Part shown: positions 49,360-61,174 of the stretch, piece by piece
Numbering within the stretch: position 1 is the first letter of the stretch
Layout of the letters: each line of letters opens with the position of its first letter
Notes under the pieces: model-generated
What the model saw: only the letters and a program-made list of their open reading frames with translations
Told to the model about the DNA's origin: nothing
The model's database searches: none
Translations under genes and position numbers: made by a program
From: Monosiga brevicollis MX1
Taxonomy: Eukaryota
Direction of reading: 5' to 3'
NCBI RefSeq assembly: GCF_000002865.3
Contig: NW_001865084.1
Span: 1 to 64,000, forward strand
DNA: 64,000 bases

Positions 49360-50702
49360 ATGCCACGCGCTCCACGTTCAACCAGACGTTCACCAGTGAT
49401 GCCCGCCGAGGCCGTGTACCAGCGCCCTGTCTCCGCCGGCACGCCGCGACATGGCGGCGGCATCGACTCGATTCCCATGTAAGCTTGGTCAACCCCAATC
49501 CATATCCATGCCTCTCAAATGGCTACTTTTAGCCTCAGCATCCTGATGCCATCCCAGGATTGGCCTTCTCACCATACAATGCCTGTTCGCACCACAGGAC
49601 CTTTCATTTCCCTGGCAAGACGCTGACGGTGGAATTGAAAGACAGCGGCTACGAGCATAAACAAGGCTGCTACTTTAGCATTCATCTTCAGGACTGCGAG
49701 CGCTGGCCCAAGAATGCTCGCTTCATCGCTGTCTCCAGCGAAAGCAACGAGACCGTCTTTGAAAGCAGCAGCTACAGCCAGCTCGCCAAGAGTGTCAAAC
49801 TGTACATGGCCAAGGGACTCAAGGGCCGCGATACGAACGGCCCCTTAAAACACCCTCTGCAACTCGTGGCCATACACAGAAACCGCCAGTTCAAAAGCAA
49901 AGCCCTCTTTCACATCCGCAGCAGGCGCGTGATCAGCAAGCAACGCATCGAAAAGAGTACGTCTCGAGCTTTGAGTTCTCGATCCTCAACACCATCGAGT
50001 ATCCTTACCCGAATCGTTCTCCCTTGTTTGTTTGCCATAGACATTCAGAAGGTCATCGACTCCAGTGGTGGCCGCCAAAGCATGCTTGAAGACCTCCAAA
50101 GCTTTTATCACATGGCGACAGAGACCTTGGTGCTCAGGCCTGCCGTTTATGACCTCTTGTCTCATTTTTTTAACAGCAAAATGGAGCAGCCATCCTGGTC
50201 GCAATCGGTGCCGGCGCTGCCACCCAGCTTGCAGGACGAGGTTCTTGACGTGCTGCAACTGGAACATGCCAGGACTCTTCCTGTGGAGCGATTGACGTCG
50301 GCAACCGGCTTCAATCATACCATGGCTCCTACAGTCACAGGCCAAACCAACACGGTCAACTTCGCTGCCAGTGCTTGTTCCCCTTTGGCGAGTCCGTCTG
50401 CCCCCCAGAGCGAGACCATGGCTTTTGACGAGCTACAACGAGTTATCACTCTTCCACCGGAGGGATCGGCATCATCAACCCTGCAATCCACTCCTATGAC
50501 ATTTGCGGAGAGTTTGTTCGCTGCAAGCGCTTCCCCTTTCTACTCGGGAGCCCCGTTTGACCCAGCATCCAGCTTTCATAATTCTCGATCAAGCTATGAG
50601 AGCAACACGCCAGACGCGTCGGCTTCATCGCCCATGCTCAGCAACCTGAATACATTTATGCTTCCAGCGTGGCTGGATGAGGACTTTACCTTGTTCAACT
50701 AG
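49360..50702 (+). CDS. Hypothetical protein; 3 exons (introns 49479-49597 and 49957-50040)
   Basis: Long ORF with phase-compatible GT..AG introns; no family recognised. Confidence 0.65.
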
Positions 50703-51026
50703 GCCCCAGGCAAGCTAGGAATACTATCGCATCATATTCTTTCAAGCGTGGAGTGTATAGACACCCTTTGAAATCATTCTTTTTTCCTCGCATTACAATC
50801 TAATTGACCCCCTCATCGTGATGACCTATCCCAAGCCCAGTATTGATTGATCCACCAAAAAAAGAACCCCTCCCCCTCCCCCATCGCACAGCGATGGACA
50901 CTTTAAAAACAAGACAACGTAGGCGCGCCTGTGACTGTTTTCAATTAAAACATACAACGCCGTCCTCTTTGCACCGCCTCTCAGCAGAAGGGTGCAAAAT
51001 CAAAGTCACTGCTCACGAGACGCCCA

Positions 51027-51792
51027 TCACGCACAAGTAACAGCCACAGCACCCTCAGCCAGCGCATCGTCTTCCGCTAACTCGAAAACAATGTTACTCA
51101 ACGTTTCGTCCAAAATGTACTCTGTTAACCCAAGTGCCCGCGGCTGCCGCTGCGCCGTAGCGTGGGCTTGCTGACCCTCGCTCAACTGGGTGGCATGCAG
51201 ACCAAGTCGAAGGCCATAGTAGTACGGCGCCGGCTCTGAACCCAGTGTAGCTATCGCGTGCTGCGTGTCAGGAGCGGCCAGCACCTCACGCAGCAAATTG
51301 TCCAATAGCGTGCCAACAGCAGCCACCTCTTGATCGTCCCGAACAGACTCGGTAAACTCCATATTGGTCAGCGGCGAAAACATGCTGCGATCCACATAAC
51401 TACGCTGCAACACATGCATGGGCAAGTCACGGCTATTGTAGACTCGCACTGAGACGGTAAGGAAGCTGGTATGCGCCTCCGCGTGTGGCGGCACTGGCTC
51501 CAAGTCCGCATCATCCGGACCCACTGCAATGGGTGGTAGCGCCTAAGCAAAAGCGAGCGATTTGAAAGCGAAGAAGTCACTTGGTATCACGCGTGACACA
51601 GCCAGTCCCACAAAACACAAGCGTCACCTTACATGATAGCGCCCCGTTCGCAAGTCAGTATCAGTCAGGTTGAACACGCGCGTGCCGGTCACAGGTTGCA
51701 ACTTGACGGTGCCGGATACGGGCCGGCTCTCGCGCAACCCCGATATCTTGCCAGATCCTGGTCCTGAAGAAACAAAGCCACACAACGCACCG

Positions 51793-51847
<55 letters not shown>

Positions 51848-52505
51848 GTGAGAACGTATTAAACATATGATTCTATCACCGCTGACTGCCCTTCCACTTT
51901 GCCTCTTGTCCACTTCTCTTGACCAGTGCCTGAACGTACGGGGCTTGACGATGGTTCCTCGAAACGTCTCCGCTGGAATATCAACCCGCGGCTTCGAGGC
52001 GCGTCGATTGCCGCCACCCGACACGATTCTCGTGCCGCGCTGCGTGGTTCGCAATGCTCCAGCATGGCCTTTGCCCGTGCGCAGTGTGTCGGTGTAGTCG
52101 AACAGCTCCCCTCGCAGAGTACGCTCCATGTCGTTGTGCTGAGCAATGCTCTCGACCCGCTGCTCGTGCGTGTAGTTGTAAGCATGGCATTGCACATCAA
52201 ACGTATAGTAGCGAGCACCATCGCGTGCAGTCAACGTCAACTTGCAAGGTACGCTTTCACCCGGCATGACCTCGCCTGTTCGCGGCTCGGCCTCCATCAG
52301 GTGAGCAAAGGCGCCAAAGTCCCACTCAAAAGACATCACGTCCGTGGGGTGCACATTATTGACAAACACAATCTCGCGCATCACCGCGTACACGGGCACG
52401 TCGGGCAAGCGCCAATGTGCCAAGCTCAACTGCAACATGGCTTCGGGCAGGACAAGACTTGTTGTTTTTGGTGCAGTCGCCAAAATCTTGTGCCCGGCAT
52501 AAACG

Positions 52506-52551
<46 letters not shown>

Positions 52552-55500
52552 CGTCCGCCTCCTCGTCCTCATAGACCCCAGCGGTGCTGGCGTCGTCGTT
52601 GATCCCAACATTCATGCCCGCTTTCCCTTGAGGTGCCAGGTCACCTGCTGTATCATCATTTGAGGGTCGGTGAAAAGCGCCCAAGTCAGATGCCATCGTC
52701 GCAATGCTCTCCCGTACCGAATGTGCCGGAGGCACGCCCGGGTCGCCCCCCAGAACACCACCACGAGGATCCACGCCACTCAAGGTCAAAGTCATCGGTA
52801 CAACATGCTCCACGCCACCAGCTAGACAATGAACTGGGACGGACACCTTGTAGGCCCGAGACTGCAATGGTCGTAGGCGCCAGGGAATGGCAAAACTTGC
52901 CCCAGCCCTGACGACACCCGATGGGCGGCCGCACTCGAATACATCAAATCCGTGGTTCTGTGTCCTTAGTTGATCAAGTTCGCTTAGATCAAGCCAAAAT
53001 TCAACATCAGCAGCCGAAGGATTGTACAAAGTCGAGTGTTGCAACGGGGCCTGGTGCTGGCCCAAAGGCACTGGTTCAAAAACATGGTCCGTGTTATCCA
53101 TCGCCAGTAGACCCTGACCACTCGGTAGTGTTTGAGCTTTGAGCTCCATGACGACATCCGAGTCGCTCTGGTCGTTGTGAAGCAGGAGTGGCAGATTGTG
53201 CTCTCCAACTTGATCATGCTGGTAGCGCACCGTAAGGACAACGCTGCTGGCGGGAGCCAGAGTTCCGCGCTTTGGCGCGACGGCAAACAGGCCAAGCTGT
53301 AGGATTTGCGCACGGCGAGCCTCCTCCTCCGAGATGTCGTCTCGTGCAGCCCAGAGCTCAGGTTGCCATTCTAGGTCGTCGGGAAGGGCCACAAACCAGG
53401 AACATGCGCAAGAAGACGTGTTGGTCAATCGTAGTTGAACGATAGACTCCGACGCCAAATGCGGTGCAGCGCCCAGGTCCAAGCAAAAGTTGTCATAACG
53501 CGGTAGGACACGATTGGGAGCTGGATTGAGCGCAGCATTGACAGCCGGCACGTCAAAAAGCCGCCATAGACGAGTCAAGCTGCACTGATTTGCGGCAACG
53601 TCGGTAATGGCCAGCTTGGGCCGAACGCCCTGGTATCGAGCGTTGAGGAGGTGGCAAATTCGCACTTCATCGCCATCGTCGTCGAGAACGTGTGCAGTGA
53701 GAGCGAAGTGATCTGCCCCCTCATGCGTGGGGTGGATACGCACGTTGCAATGGGCCACACCATGAGGCGCCAACGTCAGTATTTCTGCAAGGGGTTGAAC
53801 TGCCGAGCCACCCGTGTGCTCGATGCGTGCTGTCACGGTTGCGGGTGTCCGATTCCGCAGCACCAATGGTGCTAAGTGGGGCAAGTGCAAGGCAAGTTTT
53901 CCAAAATCGTGCTCGAGCTGCAAACCTTCCATCTCGAGGCGAGGCTCAACAACAGATGCACGAAGCGGAACCCGGAGCTGCATGTCCCGCGCTTGAGGCC
54001 CGCGCGTGGCTACCGCAGCGTTGTATGTCACCTCCAGATCGGCTGTGACGGGACCGAGCTCAGCACCCAGATATGTGATGACGACCTCAGCAGCTTCATT
54101 GGCCTACCGAGCACAAGCGATTCCAGAAGCAAGGTGGGTCAGGACGCAGCATACATCAACGAGTGACAAACCCTCAAGAGAAAAAAATACCATATATTCA
54201 CCTCAAGGCACGTGTCGTGCACACCTGTCGGCTGATGGGCTTACCTCAAGTAGCAATTCTGTAGGCTCTGCAACAAGAGACCCGCTGGGCAGCGTAGGAA
54301 CTGTGACCGTGGCCCGGGATGGGACGCTCGACAGATTGCGCAGCGTTAGACGACTGCTGGCGCGGCACTCTGGCATGGTAGGTGGAAGGACGACTGTTGA
54401 GACATTGGTGATGAGCAACGGCTCGTGTGAACTGCCGCTGAGACTCAAAGCACGCAGTCGAGTATCGTTGCCACCGTGTTCGTGAGAAACACCGGTCACC
54501 GCGGCTCCACCATTGCCCCCCTCCATGAACAAATGTGCCGTAACTTTAAAGGGAAGGTCAAGCTGCCAGTGACCTGCGGTGGCTTGGCGCACGCCGATGC
54601 ACAACATCGCTTCGGCCCCGGGCGGCAAGGACAGATTGGCTGGCAGAACTTCGAGGTCGAGCGTGGGCGCACTGGCACTGACATCATAATCAAATGTGAT
54701 CTCAAAGGTCAAAAGATCATGAGGGTTGCGCACGGGCACGGACACCCAGCTTCGCTCGGAGACATGACTCAGCGGAAATTCGAGACGCTCGCAGTCAAAG
54801 GGGGACACATCTTGAGCCTCTTGGTCTTCAGCGTCGTCTTCATCGTCCTCAACCTCCTCCTCGGTGTCGGCTGCAACCGGCTCTGGGGTGCCAGGGGCAA
54901 GGGTCGTTGCCATGAGCAGCAACTCAAGCTCCCAAGGCGGGGTCCACAGCTCTTTGGTCCCTTCCTTGCCTCCATCAGCTTCAGCCGTGACTTGGCGCAT
55001 GTCAAAGGCCTCTTCGTAGCACGCCGTGGCCACAATGGAGGTGTGATAAACTTGGTCACCCTCATGCGGTCGGCAGGAGACAAACAGCTCAACCTCTGCA
55101 TGTCCTTCCACCACCAGACTCTCAGGCTGTTCGAGTGCAAACGGCTGTCCGGGGCCCACGGGTGGCAAGGCATGCCAAGCGCAGCGAATGCGGTGGGGGG
55201 TGGTATTGATCAGGCGAACCGGGCGGGGTGCAATATCGGCGACCTGCTTCTTGGATCCGTAGGGCACGGCCCCAAAGTTGACCACGGCTGGCAGAACGGA
55301 GAGGGGCTGAACCAATGAGCGGTAACTGAGATGTCCCCCTGGTTTGGTGGGGGGTCCTCCCACTAGCGGGGAGGCCACGGCGCTCGCGCGTGTTGCGGCA
55401 GCGGAAGCAGCGTTGTTGGGCAGAAGGGTTGCACCGGCTATAGGCGTCAATCAACGGCCGGGTTCATGAGTTCCGGAAAACAACAACGGCAAATGGCAAA

Positions 55501-57488
55501 CAACAAGAGCGTGCTGAAGTCACTCGCACATTTACCTTGGCCAGCGCGGGTATCATCGGACAAGCGTCGCCATTGGCCAGTTCTGGCATCCAAGGACAAG
55601 TGGCCCTCACGCATGGCAGCCTGCAGGGCGAGAGGGCTGTGGTGACCAATGTCACGGGCACGGTGCATGGCAACCTTCTGCAAGGTACCATCGGCATTGA
55701 GCGCCTCGGGTGCACCAGCACCGTGGCAGGTCACGAGGACAGGTGGCCCCTGCGAGGCGGCCACGCGCAGCTGATGAAAGTAGGGCGCGGGCGATGTGGG
55801 GGCGAATGTCACGATGATTTCTGCCTTGGCGAGGGGTGCAATTTCCAGCTTGCTAGGGGTTGCACGAAAGGGGCCAGCATCTGGTTCAGTGAGAAGACAG
55901 GTCAGTGGAAGCGTGCCATTGTTGAAGACGCTGAGGCTGTGCGTGCGCGATTCCCCGGGGACGCAAACGCCAAAGTCGAGGTCATCTTGATCGACCACCA
56001 GGGCGCACGAGGGGCGGTGGGCGTGACAGACCACCTTGAAGAGTGCACCGCCGCAAATGCGAATGGCAAACTCTTCGTGGCAGGCGGTGACGTTGGGTCG
56101 CGGCGCAAAGGTCAGGCGTAAAGCCAAAGTACCGCGTGCGGGGATGCGACCGGTATTGCCGGCCACGTGCAGGCAGCTCTGATTGAGAAAGTGGTGTTCA
56201 ATGTCGTAAGTCACCTCCACGGGCGCATGATTGCGAAGAACGACCTCTTTGGTCGAAGTGACCCCCAGTGGGATTTCGCCAAAGTCAAGTTCAACGAGAT
56301 GGTCCACAGGGTTGGTCAGGTCGTCGGCAGATTCGAGCGTGACGAGAGGCAGGACACCAAGACAAGAAATGGGCACGGGCAACACGCCGCGCGCCTTGAC
56401 GGCGTCATACTTGACCACCAAGTCACCCTGATATCGACGGGCCAGTGTCGGCGCACAAGTGACGGTAACGTTTGCGGCTTCACCGGGTGCGAGCTCGCCA
56501 AATTCGGGCTGTGCCTTGAAAGGATCGGGTGTGAGGACGCGCCAGGTCAACTTTTGGCTGGTTGGATTTCGAATGCTCATGTCACACGAGCATCGACGCT
56601 CGATGGCCACTGGGGGTAATTCCACAGAGCTGGGAAGCTCGGGTCGAAAGTCTGGTGCCAGGCCTTGAAGAGTGACGGTGCCGACTTCAGCGTCTCCTTC
56701 CCAGATGACAAGAATGGCCTTGGCAGCGGATGGGTCCTCCGCCTTGTCCTTGTTGGCATCCCCATTGGGGGAGTGCCGGGTGCTCGTAGTGGAGGGCCGT
56801 GAGTTTGCAGGGGTCTGTGTGGTCGAGGGGCCGTTTGTCTGCGTGCCCAGATCAGGCAAGTGGGCGGGGTCAAACCGGATGCCAACCTTGACGTCACTCC
56901 CAGCACCCAGAAAGTGGGCTCTCNNNNNNNNNNNNNNNNNNNNNNNNNNNNNNNNNNNNNNNNNNNNNNNNNNNNNNNNNNNNNNNNNNNNNNNNNNNNN
57001 NNNNNNNNNNNNNNNNNNNNNNNNNNNNNNNNNNNNNNNNNNNNNNNNNNNNNNNNNNNNNNNNNNNNNNNNNNNNNNNNATTTGAGCTTGTCCGCATGA
57101 TTGGAAATTGACGAGTCGGATGACGTTGGCCTCAAAGAAAAGTGTAGTTTGACGCCAACGTAGCGACGATTGCCCACGACCAGCGTCTTGGTTTGGACGT
57201 GAGCCTCCTCATCTGTCTTGAACAAGAGTTGCACTACCAAGCCCCGCAACACAGAATGCCGAGGTCAAAGCCCAAGCGCGAAGCCAGAGTAAGTCTTTGC
57301 CGCCATCAAACCCAGCCCTGCGTGTCACAGGAGCGATGCCGGCGACCGTGGCTTGGTCCCTCGAGAGGGGACGGGGAAAAAACCGTCGATCCCAAGCCCA
57401 AGCCAAGGACCGATGGACCCAACATACCAGGAAATTCAAGGCCTTCTTGAACGTTGCTGGTGGGCATGACGACGGGCGCCATGTTCAT
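51027..57488 (-). CDS. CFAP65: Cilia- and flagella-associated protein 65 (CCDC108), tandem ASH/MSP Ig-like domains; interrupted by a gap
   Basis: Repeated (L/V)DFG...L.N ASH-type domains; LPDDLEWQPELWA...LFAVAPKRGTLAP...YQHDQVGEHNLPLLL; C-terminal EYILDETLSNIVFE. Confidence 0.8.
51793..51844. repeat. Poly(A)/(T) run inside a CFAP65 intron
   Basis: Direct reading. Confidence 0.9.
56924..57080. other. Assembly gap (N run) within CFAP65
   Basis: N bases. Confidence 1.
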
Positions 57489-57835
57489 TGGTCACCCCGA
57501 GCCGCTGCGTGTGAGCACAGGGTTCCAATCGAGCACCGCCGCCGCACTTCGTTGCCAACTCGGATCTCGATGCGGCCGTTCAGCGGCTCCCTGCCCCCCG
57601 ACTTGAGCGCGGGGTCAAGCGCCGGCCGCGAGACCCCACCACCACCAAGTCCACTCAACCTCCAACGACCACGGCAACCAATACCTTCCCCCACAACGCC
57701 TACTGCCACCCTAGATGCCGAAGAACAATCTTGTAAAAAAATAAAAAATAAAAAAAGGCGCCTCTTGGTCTCTGGTCTCTGGTCGTGTGTGCAGCTGAGA
57801 GAGAGAATGTCTCTGTCTCTGTCTCTCTTCTCTCT

Positions 57836-57866
<31 letters not shown>

Positions 57867-58082
57867 AAGCTTCTCTCTCTGGTTCCTTTCTCTGTGAATG
57901 CTGCGTCAACTGGTTGTTAATCAAATAAAAACCACTGTTCTCACCACCTCTTTACACCAGCCATATGTCTTTCAAAAAGTATTTCATACAAAGCCACCCA
58001 GGCCAAACCGTACAACGCCTTTAAAAACCGATAGTATTTTACTTTGAAATCCGTGGCCCGTGCGTCACACCGTGATCGCGCG

Positions 58083-60585
58083 ATGAGTTCGGACGCCGCC
58101 TCCGCCACCGCCTCGTTGCCGGAGGAGCATGGCTTCACCTCGGCCGCGATCCATATCCCCTCGGAAGGCGAGAGCACGAGATTTTCCTGGCGCAAATTGT
58201 GGGCCTTTAGTGGGCCCTCTCTGCTCGTGTCCCTTGCCTATTTAGACCCAGGTCTGTGCATCGAAGCCACTCGCGTCGTCCTCGCACCTCTTTTCTTCCT
58301 TCTCCTCCTTCTCCTCCTCCTCCTTGGCCTCCTGTCGTTGTGGCACTGTGTCCCTGACTGCTTTTCATGCTTGCTTCTGACGCCTCTTCCTTGATCTTCC
58401 CTGCACTCATCAACCAGGCAACATCGAATCAGATCTGCAAGCCGGTGTCGCGGGCCGATACTCCCTGCTTTGGGTGCTGCTCTGGGCCACCATTGCCGGC
58501 TATCTGCTCCAAACGTTGGCCAGGTACGCCGTCTTCCCTCGCCGTGTACCAAGCCTGTACCTATGCTAGCTGCCACGAGTTGGGCGCTGTGTTTGCTTCC
58601 GTTCTCCTTGGTTCACGCTACTGCCCATCACCCGCCCAGTCGACTTGGGGTCACGACGGGACGCCATCTGGCCGAGGAATGTCGCAAGCAGTACAGCCCC
58701 CCCGTTCGCTATGCCCTCTGGATTATGATGGAGCTAGCCATCATTGGCAGCGATTGCCAGGAAGTCATCGGTGCGTAAGCCCCCCCCCCATCCATGTTCA
58801 CGCTTCGATGCGTACGAAAGCTGCGCCAGCCACCCTGGAGCAGCGTTTTTCATGAGATGGATCCCTCCCAGAAGCTCCCCTGACCCTGCCATTGATTATT
58901 CCAATTCAAACCGTGCAGGCTCTGCCTTAGCCATCCGCATACTGAGCAACGGAATCATCCCTCTGTGGGGTGGCGCTCTCATCACCGGCCTCGACACTTT
59001 CAGCTTTCTCTTCCTTGAAAAATGTGCGAAAACCTCATTCACTGGCTACCACCTCGAAGAGAAAGCTTGTGCTTTGTGCCCCAGATTGCAACAACGACCA
59101 GCTGTGCCCCTCACCGACAGCTGTCCAACGCATCTTGCCTCGCTGCCTTCGCAGATGGTCTTCGAAAGCTGGAATATCTTTTTGCGTTCCTCATCTCCAT
59201 CATGGTCGGCACGTTTGGGTACATTTATGGACACTTGCAGCCAGATTCTGCCGCCGTCCTCAAGGGCATGGCCGTTCCCACACTTACGAACGACACTGCT
59301 GTTCAAGCCGTTGGCCTTCTTGGCGCTGTCATCATGCCCCACAACCTGATGCTGCACTCGGCCTTGGTCCTCAGCCGCGACGTTGATCGCAGCGCCAATG
59401 CAAGTCTCTTTTCTCACATGCGTGGAACAAAGCCCTCGTCCCTCTGACTCTTGCGCCCGACCCCGCTTTCACCTGCATGTTTGGTTGTGCTTACCGCGCC
59501 CTCTCCTTCCCTCAAATCGCGTGGATACTTCCCCATGCACCGTTCAGGTCAAGGTCAAGGAAGCGCACATGTACAACGCCATCGAGCTTGGCTTTGCCCT
59601 CTTTGTTTCCTTCCTGATCAATTTGTTTGTCGTTGGCGTCTTTGCCCGAGGCGAAGCTGACCACGACATTACACTCTCATCTGCCGGTGACTTTCTGCAT
59701 GACACTTACGGCAAAGCCGTCCTTTACATTTGGGCCCTCGGGCTGCTGGCTGGTACGCAACGCCTACTTTTTTTCTCCACCCCCACCCAACCTTCCAGTT
59801 GAAATCGGTTGGCTCACTTTACTTACACTGCCTGACCTGGACACGGCCCGCGGGTACCCGACAGCGGGGCAGGCATCCACCATGACGGGCTGTTATGCTG
59901 GCCAATTTGTCATGCAAGGCTTCCTTGAGCTCAAAATCTCGCCTTGGAAGCGAGTCATGCTCACTCGCACCGTCGCCATGCTGCCCACCATCTTGATCAC
60001 CGTTTTTACGGGTGAGTGCTGATCGCCATGTAGCCTCAAGTGGGCAAGTGAGCAGGCGCTCTTGCGGAACGCAACTGTGCTCACTCGTCACGTGCCTGGG
60101 TAGATGAGAACCTCAATGGGTTTGATGAGTGGATCAACGTGTTGCAATCACTGCAACTTCCTTTTGCCCTCTTTCCCCTGATTCATTTCACTAGCTCCAG
60201 CGGCATCATGGGAAATTTTGTCAGTGGCCGGCGCCTTCAACTTCTTTCCTGGGCCGTGGCTTTACTCGTGTTCGTGGCCAACTGCTACCTCATGTTTGAC
60301 ACCGTCTCCGCCAGCATGGCCCACACCTGGTGGGCCTACATGCTACTGGTTCCAACAGCCATCGTCTATTTTTGGTTTTCAGGCTACCTGGCCTTTGGCC
60401 CTTTCTTATCCATTGGCTCCATGCAACATATCCGTTCCCGAGACGCCATCCGCGGCCATGCGCAATCTTTCAGCATGGGCTCTCGTCATCGCGTCAAGTA
60501 TCGACCCCTGGGTACCACAGACTCAGACGCCTCAGATGATGAGATGCTGATTCTAGACCACAACGGGGACGACGCAATGCTCTGA
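58083..60585 (+). CDS. NRAMP/SLC11 divalent metal transporter, multi-exon
   Basis: [12 protein letters not shown]...[90 protein letters not shown]. Confidence 0.96.
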
Positions 60586-61174
60586 TCGCCCTCCCAAACA
60601 CATCGCAGAGTCAATCTTTTGCTGGTCGCAAGTTACGGTGTCTCGCAAAACATTTGCTATGATGCGTTGGCAGGCAGGCAATGATGATTGGCCTCTGTCT
60701 TGAAATGCAATAAAGATCTGCAAGCTAAGCTTGACGCATAAAGGTCCATATTGGTGCATGCTTTAAATTGAAGCTGCCAACATTAAAAAAAAATTGGGGG
60801 AAGCTTTTCAATCGGCTCTCAGTTGATCGGTGGTTGTCGTGGTGCGAACGCGCGCCGTCACGTGCGAACGAGCGGAGGGGTGGGCGCGCAGCACCCAAAC
60901 AAGTCACTGTTTCCGTCGCTGGCTAGTTTTCGCGCACGAATTCACGCGCTCGTTCGTGTACTGTCAAGGGCTCTTCAGAAGCCCGTGTCACTTGTACCTG
61001 AACACCAAATGCCCGAGGGGTGGGGCGAGTACAAGTCCAAAAAAGTGACAAATGTACGCCAAAGCATCCAAGGCAGACTCATCATCACTACACCAGGCAA
61101 GAGGTATATTGCTGGGCAATGCGTATGCTGCTGCACACCCGATGAAAGAAATTATGGCTTCTCATTGGCTCGAA

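Noticed and set aside
51793..51844. Poly(A) run as a retroposon tail
   Set aside because: No adjacent element body or target-site duplication; it reads as an intronic T-run on the coding strand.
43766..56121. Long antisense ORFs overlapping PSME4 and CFAP65 exons
   Set aside because: Shadow ORFs expected from GC-rich codon usage; no independent motifs.
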